Positions 24,375 to 34,817 of a DNA stretch of 61,633 bases are shown in pieces. The notes under the pieces are model-generated. The model worked only from the letters and a program-made list of their open reading frames with translations. It was not told the origin of the DNA and made no database searches. The translations under genes were made by a program, and so were the position numbers. Source of the DNA: Macrostomum lignano (lineage: Eukaryota). How positions within the stretch are numbered: position 1 is the stretch's first letter; each line of letters starts with the position of its first letter. The stretch lies in contig NIVC01003183.1 in the NCBI GenBank assembly GCA_002269645.1, positions 1 through 61,633 of the forward strand. Reading direction: 5' to 3'.

Positions 24375-25742
24375 ATGTACTTCGTTCGCGCTTACGATCA
24401 CGAGGATCATCGGTATCGAACTGACTATCGCGGTCAAACGGTGGTTCCAAGTTTCACTCTTGAATGTCAGGAAGATCACAGCTGTTACTTGGAAGGCTGT
24501 CAAAGAGTTGTAATCAACGTGTCAGGTGAAGTATTTGAGACGCAGTTAAAAACGCTCAATCGTTATCCGAACACTCTGCTTGGCAATGAGGCGAAACGCC
24601 TGGCCTATTGGGATCGCGCTCGATGTCATTTCTTTTTCGACCGTCATCGACTCTCGTTTCCCGCCATATTGAACTTCTACCAGACTGGCGGAAAGCTGCG
24701 CAAGCCGCACGAAGTGCCAGAGGAAATCTTCTACGATGAATTGAAATTCTTTGAAATTGACGAAAGCGTCATCCGCGACTTTTTGCTAACAGAAGGCTAC
24801 ACAATGCAAACTGTGCGCACAGTTGCGCAACCGAATTGGCGCACTCGGCTTTACTCAGCGTTTGAATATCCAGATTCTTCGTTACTTGCTAGAACGGTAG
24901 CAATGTTTAATGTGGCTGTTATTGCTCTAAGCATAGCGCTATTCTGCTTAGAAACTCTGCCAGCTAAATCTTCTCAAAGGTGTCCAACCCTCGTATCTGC
25001 CAAGCAACAGGGCCAATATCAGACTTTGGTTGCACCAGTGCCAACAACTACCCCAATTCAGAGTTCGCAGCCGTCGAAAACCTATGGATTTAATTGGTTC
25101 TTCATCTTAGAGATGCTCTGCGTACTGTGGTTCAGTTTTGAGTTCGCCATGCGACTATTAACATATCCTTTTCCTCGAAAAGCGTTTATGCTTTCCTTAG
25201 CGAATTGGCTCGATTTGGCCAGTATATTGCCGTTTATAGGATCCACAATAATCCTGAACTTCACTGTGGACTGCTATGACCAGTGCCAGAAGGGCTCCAT
25301 ATTTCTCAATCTGCTTCGCTTTCTAAGAGTGTTTCGGATATTCAAGTTTTATAAATACGTCACTGGAATGCAAATTCTTGCTCGCACTCTTCGCATGAGT
25401 TTTCGCGAGATGACAATGTTTATATTATTTTTAACCATATGCATAGTACTATTCGCCACGGCAATTTACTTTGCTGAAACTGGTAACGACCGTCTGCAGT
25501 TCAACAGCATACCTGACTCATTCTGGTGGGCCATCATCAGCATGTGTACAGTCGGCTATGGCGACTATGTTCCGCGTAGTCTACCAGGAAAGCTTGTTGG
25601 CAGCATCTGTGTAGTGGCTGGCGTGATGACTATTGCCCTGCCAGTGCCGGTTATTGTCACAAACTTTAACATAGTGTATCGTCAAACACTACAGAAGCGA
25701 TTTCGGCCAGAGCTGACTAGGGAGAAGCAGATACCGGTGTAG
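24375..25742 (+). CDS. Intronless voltage-gated K+ channel, Shaker/Kv1-like, 455 aa
   Basis: T1 domain (RVVINVSG..FETQLKTL..YP.TLLG...FFDRHR..F.AIL.FYQTGG.L), S1-S6, S4 LRFLRVFRIFK, filter TVGYGD, S6 PVP. Confidence 0.96.
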   Translation: MYFVRAYDHEDHRYRTDYRGQTVVPSFTLECQEDHSCYLEGCQRVVINVSGEVFETQLKTLNRYPNTLLGNEAKRLAYWDRARCHFFFDRHRLSFPAILNFYQTGGKLRKPHEVPEEIFYDELKFFEIDESVIRDFLLTEGYTMQTVRTVAQPNWRTRLYSAFEYPDSSLLARTVAMFNVAVIALSIALFCLETLPAKSSQRCPTLVSAKQQGQYQTLVAPVPTTTPIQSSQPSKTYGFNWFFILEMLCVLWFSFEFAMRLLTYPFPRKAFMLSLANWLDLASILPFIGSTIILNFTVDCYDQCQKGSIFLNLLRFLRVFRIFKFYKYVTGMQILARTLRMSFREMTMFILFLTICIVLFATAIYFAETGNDRLQFNSIPDSFWWAIISMCTVGYGDYVPRSLPGKLVGSICVVAGVMTIALPVPVIVTNFNIVYRQTLQKRFRPELTREKQIPV

Positions 25743-25946
25743 TCCAGCTAGGAACCCTTGACAGTGAAAAATTTTATTTAGTTAAATATTTGACGGCTAT
25801 GTTAATTCTTCATAGTAAATTATGCCACAGCCTGTTTATTACCAGGTGCAGTTTTATTGAACCCCGTGTACTTTGTTTCAGCAATCCTGAGCAAGCTTTA
25901 GCAGCCATAGAAATTTCATAAATAGCCAAATCAATCTATTGTCATC

Positions 25947-28900
25947 ATGTCGCAAGAGAATGCCCCGATAAAGATTGACAAGTGGGACGGCAATGCGTTG
26001 AAAAATGCGTTGGATGACGCTGCTAAAAAGGTACGAATATACACGCGCATTTTGTCACACTTCTACTTCCTAGTTTATACTCGTATAATAAAAATACGTG
26101 CATATACCCAGTATCCACTTGCAATGTATTCAACTGAGTCCTGCAAATGCCATAGCGGATATGTTTGAGCAGTCACTCTTGATCACCGCGTGTACGAGTA
26201 TATTATAAATGCACCATTTATAAGATTGATAAGGCTCCTGAGTTGGTCCTTTCCTGGCTCTGCCTTTCTCGGTTAAGTTTATCTATCTGGAATTGCTAAC
26301 TGTAGTTTTTGCACCACAATTAGCATAATAAATAAATATAGAATGCAATGGGCTACGCAGCCACGCTGGGACCTCCGCCCACTTTCTAAGACTTGCTTTA
26401 TCTTTATCATAATTGTTCTGCGTCATCGCGTCTTGTTCCAATGTCTGGTTCTGTTCTTGGATTGCCAGCCAACTGTGAAATTAGCAATCGTTGCATATGC
26501 AGATAGCTTTTTGTTCCGCTTCTTTCTTTGGGTTGGCTTCCTTTCTCCGCTTATATTTCATGATATTTATGAGCTCTGTGTGTGACAATACTTTAATTGC
26601 TGCGTATCGTTATTACTATTAAAGCTGCTGGTGTATTTTAGTTCATTATGCTGATGCTGTGGTTAAATAGCACATTTTATTCTCCACTAGGTGTCACTAC
26701 CTCACTGGAGAATGAAGGGGGTTGTAACATCACTGGAGAATGAAGGTGGTAGTGACACCACTGGATAATGAAGGTGGTAGTGACACCACTGGAGAATGAA
26801 GGTGGTAGTGACACCACTGGAGAATGAAGGTGGTAGTGACACCACTGGATAATGAAGGGGGTAGTGACACCACTGGAGAATGAAGGTGGTAGTGACACCA
26901 CTGGAGAATGAAGGTGGTAGTGACACCACTGGAGAATGAAGGTGGTAGTGACACCACTGGAGAATGAAGGTGGTAGTGACACCACTGGAGAATGAAGGTG
27001 GTAGTGACACCACTGGAGAATGAAGGTGGTAGTGACACCACTGGAGAATGAAGGTGGTAGTGACACCACTGGAGAATGAAGGTGGTAGTGACACCACTGG
27101 AGAATGAAGGTGGTAGTGACACCACTGGAGAATGAAGGTGGTAGTGACACCACTGGAGAATGAAGGTGGTAGTGACACCACTGGAGAATGAAGGTGGTAG
27201 TGACACCACTGGAGAATGAAGGTGGTAGTGACACCACTGGAGAATGAAGGTGGTAGTGACACCACTGGAGAATGAAGGTGGTAGTGACACCACTGGAGAA
27301 TGAAGGTGGTAGTGACACCACTGGAGAATGAAGGTGGTAGTGACACCACTGGAGAATGAAGAGATAGTGACACCTGGAGAATGAAGAGGTATCACTATCT
27401 CCTATGTTCTCCAGTGGGTGCCACTACCCTCCATTGAGAGCTGGTGCACAATGTCTTGTACACAATAATCTAATTATAAACTTTAGCTCATAACAGAATT
27501 AACTCATAATTTCGTCTCGCAGATCATGAATGAAAGCTACGGTCTGGTGGAAAGCTTCAAGCTCATCGATGGCCGCCTAGCCCTGTGCTCCATTGCCGTC
27601 AGCTGCTCGCTGTTTGCGCTGCTCTGGGACTTTCTGTACCCTTTCCCAGCATCCAAGACTGTCCTCATCATCTGCGTGGCCTGTTACTTTATTCTAACCG
27701 GCGTGATTTCCGTTTACCTGCTCTACTTCGAGGGCGGCGTGTTTTACGTTGGCCTGGAAAAGGACAAAACCGGTATCGACCCAGATGACAAGTGGACTCT
27801 CCAGTCGTCGCTGAAGAAGTGAGTTTTCTTTACATTAACTACGTTCTTAAGGAGTTAGGAGTGAAAGTTACTTTTAAGAATCATTCTAAGGCCTAAAATC
27901 ATTGTTAATTAATTAATCTGTGAGAATCGCCCCTAATTAACCTGTGACAATTGCCCCTTATTAATCGGTGAGAATCGCCCCTAATAAATACTTAAGAATC
28001 GCCCCTAATTACCCTGTGAGAATCGCCCCTAATTAACCTGTGACAATTGCCCCTTATTAATCGGTGAGAATCGCCCCTAATTAACCTGTGAGAATCGCCC
28101 CTAATTAACCTGTGAGAATCGCCCCTAATTAACCTGTGAGAATCGCCCCTAATTAACCTGTGAGAATCGCCCCTAATTAACCTGTGAGAATCGCTTCTAA
28201 TAAATACTTAAGAATCGCCCCTAATTGACCTGTGAGAATCGCCCCTAATTAACCTGTGAGAATCGCCCCTAATTAACCTGTGAGAATCGCCCCTAATTAA
28301 CCTGTGAGAATCGCCCCTAATTAACCTGTGAGAATCGCTTCTAATAAATACTTAAGAATCGCCCCTAATTGACCTGTGAGAATCGCCCCTAATTAACCTG
28401 TGAGAATCGCCCCTAATTAACCTGTGAGAATCGCCCCTAATTAACCTGTGAGAATCGCCCCTAATTAACCTGTGAGAATCGCTTCTAATAAATACTTAAG
28501 AATCGCCCCTAATTAACCTGTGAGAATCGCTTCTAATAAATACTTAAGAATCGCCCCTAATTAACCTGTGAGAATCGCTTCTAATAAATACTTAAGAATC
28601 GCCCCTAATTAACCTGTGAGAATCGCCCCTAATTAACCTGTGAGAATCGCCCCTAATTAACCTGTGAGAATCGCCCCTAATTAACCTGTGAGAATCGCCC
28701 CTAATCCATCTGCAAAAATCGCCCCTAATAAGTATTTGAGAATCGCCCCTAATTGATCTCTGAGAATCGCCCTAATCAACCTGTGAGAATCTGCAAAATC
28801 AATCAGATCAGCCAATCCTTGCCCAGGTACGATGACCAGTACTGCCTGAAGATCACTTACACAGGCGGCGTGTCCAAGCAGACTCGCAGCGTTGAAAGAG

Positions 28901-29013
28901 TGTGCTCAGTAACTGAGTTCTTCGACGAGGAAGGCACCCTCTGCTACGACCTGTACGAGGCCACTGTCAAGGGTCTCAAGGACAGTCTGAGCGCTGACAA
29001 GAAGGCAAAGTGA
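25947..29013 (+). CDS. SPCS2: Signal peptidase complex subunit 2; exons 25947-26030, 27523-27818, 28827-29013
   Basis: KIDKWDGNALKNALDDAAKK, LIDGRL.LC...C..A..ALLWD...PFP.SK, KYDD.Y.L, FFDE.G motifs; GT-AG introns with consistent phases 0 and 2. Confidence 0.95.
26703..27390. repeat. 28-bp minisatellite in SPCS2 intron 1 (~24 units)
   Basis: Unit GGAGAATGAAGGTGGTAGTGACACCACT; source of three spurious repetitive minus-strand ORFs. Confidence 0.97.
27915..28790. repeat. 24/26-bp minisatellite in SPCS2 intron 2
   Basis: GAGAATCGCCCCTAATTAACCTGT with variant GAATCGCTTCTAATAAATACTTAA. Confidence 0.95.
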
Positions 29014-30619
29014 TTTGTGTATCAACGATTCCGATTGTTTTGCTGTTTAGTTTCTCTGATCGCAAATTTCAATAACTCTGTAATTTCTTCTGGTCCTGCT
29101 AAATATTATTGAACTATTTGTGTACCCTGGTGGCCCTTAGCTCTTGCATCACATTGTGCTGGCTTTTCATGCAGTTTATTTACAATTTAATTGTGTAGCT
29201 TAAAAATCGAGACTGTGTCAATGTTCAGCTTCAGTGATTTTAGTATTCAGAATGTATTCTGTCGTACACTAAATATAAAGGTAGTTATGGGACTCTGTGT
29301 GCATTCGAGCATTGTTAAATTTGCGTTTTCATTTTTAAATGTCGTTGATAAATTCTAATCTCTTTGTAGCAGTCCTTAATTGTAACCGTTTGTTCTTGCT
29401 GTGGGTTTCGGGTTATCCATCATTTGTTCGCTTTTGCTCTGTTTCATCTAGAATATTTAAACTGCAGGTGTTTTATCCTGCTTCTGCTTCAGTTTTTGCT
29501 TCTGCTTAATAAGAAAGCATATTGAATGCGTTTTGCTGCCTGGTACTCAGAAAAATTACATTTTTATTTGTTCCCGTTATCGTTTGGTATGTAATAAAAG
29601 AATCGGCCTTTTTTTATTGCTTTGTCAATTAAATTAATTAGTCTTTGCTAAGGCCCCCCCACCTCAGTTAGCTGGTAGCTGTTGATTTCTGCTAGATAGA
29701 TCATTTTAATTATATTAATTAAGCTCTAATTGGTTGAGCAGTACGGCATGCGATTGAGCCTTACACGAGCTGTAGCTTAAACTCCCCTGTTCAACAGCCA
29801 TTTGAGCTGCCCAGCTCACCAGTCCGTGTGTGTGCGTGTGTGTATTCTGTAATTATCATTTTTCTAGCAGTAAATTAATTGCATTATCGGTGCGCGCTGC
29901 GCCCTAATGACTCCCGTATCCCCAACCCCTTGAGTACTTGCTGAGCTGGCCTACCATCGGGCTTTTTGTCGGATAGGACAGGGCGGACTGCTTTAGAGAG
30001 GGGAGATGTGGTTAGGCCAACAAGATTACTGCACATGGGTGGGTTGGGGGATGTTTAATTCTATTTGTCCGCTTCCCATATGCACTGCCGGTCAGAAACC
30101 CGTTGCATGTCATATTGTAGCTCTCATCACGCCTTCCTCCGCCATCTTAGTGCAGTTTTTGCCCCTTGGATTTCTGCATAGGTAAAAGCGACATTTTTTA
30201 CCTGCCCATTCTTACCTCTTCACACCCCCCTTCTCTGCCTGACACTGTCATCTGTGCCAACCACCGCAATGCTCACTGATACTCACTGGCCTGGTTGTGT
30301 GCGAATTTTATGCAGGATTTTATGTGCTAGTCATGATGCATCACGTGACTGCCTCCGGCGTCTCTCTCCAATCTGGTGGGGAGTCGATCATAGAGCCCCC
30401 ATGGCTTCTCTCTCCCGCATTGTTTATCCGTATTCCGCTCTCCCAAGCAATGTTGGTCTGTCCCAGCGAAATTGCTTTTAGCATGCCAGCAACCCAATAA
30501 ATGCACTCTATCTACATGGATGCCAAACTGTTCCCATTGACCACTGAGACTTTATTCTAACCCACTACAGAATTGCCCTAAAATACTTTACAATCACTAT
30601 AAACCACCTTAGCAGGCGT

Positions 30620-30965
30620 AGAGAATCATACTAAACCCTTTGAGTCGCTTTAAACTCTCTAGAATCCACCCTGAACCACTTTGAGAATAACCCTAAACCC
30701 CTTGAGAATCACCCTAAACCCCTTGAGAATCATTCTAAACCCCTTGAGAATCACCATAAATTCTTTGAGAATCATCCTAAACGCCTTTGGTAATCCCCTA
30801 AACCCCTCGAGAATCGCCCTAAATCTCTTGAGATTACCCTTTGAGAATCGCCCTAAACCCCTTGAGATTACCCTTTGAGAATCATTCTAAACCCCTTGAG
30901 AATCACCCTAAACCCCTCGAGAATCTCCATAAACACTTTGAGAATCACCCTAAACCATTTGAGGA
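30620..30965. repeat. 21-bp minisatellite with CCCTAA core
   Basis: GAGAATCACCCTAAACCCCTT units; shares GAGAATCRCCC..TAA with the SPCS2 intron 2 array. Confidence 0.9.
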
Positions 30966-31736
30966 TCACCCTATTGTTGAAAAATTTTGGTTTGGTTTTG
31001 AACAATGCAAAATTATGTCTCTTATTCACAGCTAGCAAGATTAAGATTATAATTACGAATGCAGCTGTGAAATGCGCATATATAGCTAAACTATCAATAT
31101 AAGGCAGCCTGCATTTCCGTCGTCTTCATTTTTTTAGCCTGCCCATAGTTTTTAATTATTCAAATAGCGGCTAGATTACAGCCAGCATCATTGCCTTGCC
31201 GCATTATTGCCGATTTACTACCTTCATATGAAAGCAGATGGGACTAGATTGCTTGGAGACTAGGGTAACAAATTTTACAGTAAGATAAGCTATCATATAA
31301 TTTTTGTCCGAGTTCCTGCTGGTTTTTCATCTGGGCGACTCAATCTGTTATTAACTTCCATTTGAAGTTTTTACATTGTTAAAAGGAGCTGAGAGTATCG
31401 AATGCATGTGTTTTTCAATATCGGAGAGTTTTATCGAATACTGTGAACTGGTTAACCTCTGACTGGAAAATCTGTGAAAACTCAGAGTTGCTATGTGAGG
31501 ACATGGGGCAAGTATAAGAGTTTCGAGAGTCCATGATTGCAATGCAGCAGTCAGTAGTCAGACACTGGAGCTTCCAGTCCAGATAGTTTAGGAGTCCTTG
31601 ATTGAAATTCAGCAGCCAGTAGCCAGACACTGGAGCTTCCAGTCCAGATAGTTCAGGGGTCCATGATTGCAATGCAGCAACGATTAGTCAGGCGCAAAGC
31701 ACACAATCGCACAAATTCACTTCAGCGTGACCAGTA

Positions 31737-32579
31737 ATGACGCGGCACTCCCGCAACAACACATCGCACAGTGTGTACACTTACCACGAGAAGCGTCGCG
31801 ACGCCCAGGCCTCAGAGTACGGCACTAAGGAGGTCCGAGTCGGTCGGGACAGCGTCAAAAAATTCGACTGCTGCTGCCTGACTAATCAGCCGTGCAAAGA
31901 TCCGGTGGTGACGCCCCAGGGCTACCTGTACGACCGCGAGGCCATCCTGCAGTACATGCTGCAGCAGAGGCAGGAGCTGGTTAAGCAGGCCAAAGCGCGC
32001 GAACGCCAGCTGGCGGCCGAGGCGGCGCGCCAGGCGCAGGAACAGAGCAAGCAAGAGCACGAGACTGAGGTTAGCAAATACCTGAGCGCTAATACCGTGG
32101 CCAGCAGTCCGGATAAGAAGAAATCCGGCAGCGCCGAGCAGCCGGTCACGGCCTCCAACTTTTGGATACCCTCGGCCACGCCGTCCTCTTCTTCGGCGTC
32201 GTCCTCATCGACGGCGGCAAAGCCGGCACCGGCCCGACCGGACGACAAGGTCCGCTGTCCGATGTCTAAGAAGCCCCTGAGGCTGAAGGATCTGATTTCC
32301 ATTCAATTTAAGCCCGCGCCCGGCGGCGGCTACCTGTGCGCCCTGACTGGCGATGTGTTGAACGATTCCACTCCGTTGTGCGTCATCCGGCCGTCCGGCT
32401 GCGTGGTCACCAAGGAGGCCGTCGACAAGCTGGTGCGGCCCGAGATGCGCGATCCGATCAGCGGGCGCGAGCTGACCCAGGCTGACATTGTGCAGCTGCA
32501 GAGGGGCGCTAGCGGCTTCGCTGGCAGCGGGCACAACCTGCTGTCTAAGCACACTGGCGTGGTTATGCATGTTGCTTGA
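31737..32579 (+). CDS. NOSIP: Nitric oxide synthase-interacting protein (U-box/RING-like), intronless, 280 aa
   Basis: MTRHSRNNT...VYTYHEK...YGT...R.G.DSVK.FDCCCL...PC..PVVTP.GYLYDREAIL.Y; C-terminal CPMS.KPLRLKDL, LQRGASGFA. Confidence 0.97.
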   Translation: MTRHSRNNTSHSVYTYHEKRRDAQASEYGTKEVRVGRDSVKKFDCCCLTNQPCKDPVVTPQGYLYDREAILQYMLQQRQELVKQAKARERQLAAEAARQAQEQSKQEHETEVSKYLSANTVASSPDKKKSGSAEQPVTASNFWIPSATPSSSSASSSSTAAKPAPARPDDKVRCPMSKKPLRLKDLISIQFKPAPGGGYLCALTGDVLNDSTPLCVIRPSGCVVTKEAVDKLVRPEMRDPISGRELTQADIVQLQRGASGFAGSGHNLLSKHTGVVMHVA

Positions 32580-32694
32580 CTAATACTCTGCTGCGCTTAA
32601 CTGGCTTGCATTGTGGATTCCGGCTCCTCTCATCCTTAATCTGGGACTTTGTGTTGTTTAATGTAATGCTAATCTAAGCCGGACTCTGAGAATG

Positions 32695-32835
32695 ATCCTA
32701 AGACCGACTCTAAGGCTGACCTATAGACTGACTATAAGACTGACTTCAAGGCTGACCTATAGACTGACTATAAGACTGACTTCAAGGCTGACCTTTAGAC
32801 CGACTCTATGACTGACTCTAAGGCAGACCCTAAGG
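32695..32835. repeat. 12-bp-based tandem repeat downstream of NOSIP
   Basis: AAGGCTGACCTA/TAGACTGACTAT/AAGACTGACTTC units. Confidence 0.8.
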
Positions 32836-33118
32836 CTGGGTTACGAGTACTATCAGGATGGGTGTTGTTAAGGCAACCCAGAATTTCAATTAACTTGCGA
32901 TTGTCAACAGTTTGTATATGAATGGTATTATAATCTCTGTACAATTAAATTTTAAATACACTTGCAATTGACGGCAAATCCCATTTACTAAACATTTTAC
33001 TACGCAGTAAAATAAAAAAATTATTTATTTTGGCATTGTGGCCACATTTGACTGCCTAGTATCTGTAATTGCACACCTGTGCCAACCATTGTCAGTAAAA
33101 CTGCCAACCAAACCGCAG

Positions 33119-34444
33119 GCGCTAACGGTATTCGGTCTGACTGCTCTGGAGTTGGCGCTGTGCTTAGCCGGCTGCCTCTGTCGGCTGGCTCTGCGCGCCT
33201 GGCTAACGCCGCAGTCCGTGCGCGCCTGGTCAAGCTCACCTGTGGAGTCCTGGACAGCCGTGCGCGAGTACCTGGCCCTCCGTCGGGCCGGCGTCGATCC
33301 GTACGACGGCAGCGCGTTGCACTTGCCGCCGCTGTCGCTCCGGCTGATGCTGGCCGCCGACAGTCTGCTTGGCGGCGGCGACGGCGACCGAGCCTGGCTG
33401 GTGCTGCTCGCCCTGGAGCTAGCCGGCTGTCTAGCGCTCAAACGGTTGCTGCGCGAATTCGGCGCTTACACCCTGCGCCGACAGGCGGCCAACGTTGCCA
33501 GCTATTGCTCCGCCAGCGTCCCCATGCTGCTGTCCGGGGACAGCCTGCGCCGACTGCGGCTTCCCGTCATTGCCGCCTACTGGTTCAATCCCTACAGTCT
33601 GGTGGCCTCAGTTGCCGAGGCAACCACGCCGCTTAGTAACCTGGTTGTCCTGCTCTGCCTAGCCGAGCTGTGCCGCGGTCGGGTCGGCTTCGCCGCCGCC
33701 TTGTGCGCGGCCGCCGCCTATCACGGCCTGTACCCGCTGTGCCTGATTGTGCCCATCTGCCTGGCCGGCCCGGCCCGGCCCGCCCTGCTGGCCTTTGCTG
33801 GCACGCTGGCCTGCCTGCTGGCAGCTTCCTACATGCTGACTGGCGGCAGCTGGGCCTACCTGCAGTCTGTGTACGCCTTTCACGCTCTGGCGCCGGATCA
33901 CACGCCCGGCTTCAGCCTGTCCTGGTACCTATTCTGCGAGGCGTTCGATCATTTTCGCAGCCTATTCCAGGCTGTGTTCCAGGCCAATCTGGTGTGCGTA
34001 CTGGCCCCGCTGGCTATCAGATTCCGCTCCGATCCCTGCTTCCTAGCCGTGATCTGCTGGGCCTACACGGCTATATTCAAGCCCTACTGCTGCGTGTCTG
34101 AGCAGGCCCTGATAGCCTGTGTGTTCATCATGCACGCTCAGCTGCATGCTCACATGCGCCGAGCTCTGCTAGCTATCATACTACTAATAGTAGCATTTGT
34201 ACTGGCGCCAATCATGCACCATCTGTGGCTGTATCCGGGCAGTGCAAATTCCAATTTCTACTTTGCCATCTCGCTGTTGCACTGCACAGCTATGGCCCTG
34301 CTGCTGTATCTATTCTGCATTGCCTATTTGAAACGGGAATTCCTACTGCATCACGGGCCCCAGCCGTTGAAGTTTAGCGACGGCACCGAGGCTAAAATTG
34401 TGCTGCAGGCGCCAACAGTAAAACTGCTGTTTGTCAACAATTGA
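33119..34444 (+). CDS. PIGU: GPI transamidase subunit PIG-U; single exon, no genomic ATG ahead of the conserved N-terminal motifs
   Basis: SSPVESW..VRE...GVDPYDG..H.PPL, WFNPY, P..SLSWYLF.E.FDHF..LF, IFKPY, HLWLYPGSANSNFYFAI; multi-TM; start placed at acceptor ccgcag|GCG. Confidence 0.93.
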   Translation, partial: ALTVFGLTALELALCLAGCLCRLALRAWLTPQSVRAWSSSPVESWTAVREYLALRRAGVDPYDGSALHLPPLSLRLMLAADSLLGGGDGDRAWLVLLALELAGCLALKRLLREFGAYTLRRQAANVASYCSASVPMLLSGDSLRRLRLPVIAAYWFNPYSLVASVAEATTPLSNLVVLLCLAELCRGRVGFAAALCAAAAYHGLYPLCLIVPICLAGPARPALLAFAGTLACLLAASYMLTGGSWAYLQSVYAFHALAPDHTPGFSLSWYLFCEAFDHFRSLFQAVFQANLVCVLAPLAIRFRSDPCFLAVICWAYTAIFKPYCCVSEQALIACVFIMHAQLHAHMRRALLAIILLIVAFVLAPIMHHLWLYPGSANSNFYFAISLLHCTAMALLLYLFCIAYLKREFLLHHGPQPLKFSDGTEAKIVLQAPTVKLLFVNN

Positions 34445-34817
34445 ATTCATTTTTCAGTCAAGTCTGCACTGTTAGCTACTGTATCCAATTTGTAGCCAAA
34501 TTCTTAGTTTCGCTGGAATGTCTGTTTCTCATGCTCTGTTACAACGCTAATTTCGTTTCTTGTTTAGTAATTTTCTCTCTACTGCTTATCCTGTGCATTC
34601 TTTTGTAGTGTCGCTTGAAAGCTGTCTGTCTGTCTGTCTTTATTTGTTATCTTTGCATTATTCTCTGTTTTATATTAGCTGCCATATTCACTGTTCCATA
34701 ATTGTTCCTCTTGGAAATGCATTGTTACACTATTCAAATAAATATACAGCAACTAGTACAAGTTCATGCCTTTCTTGTCTCTTTGTGTTGCTCTTTTCTT
34801 TACTGAAAAGGTTTCGC

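Noticed and set aside
26677-27395. Three 214-223 aa minus-strand ORFs with a 28-aa repeat
   Set aside because: Translations of the 28-bp array in SPCS2 intron 1; no unique coding flanks
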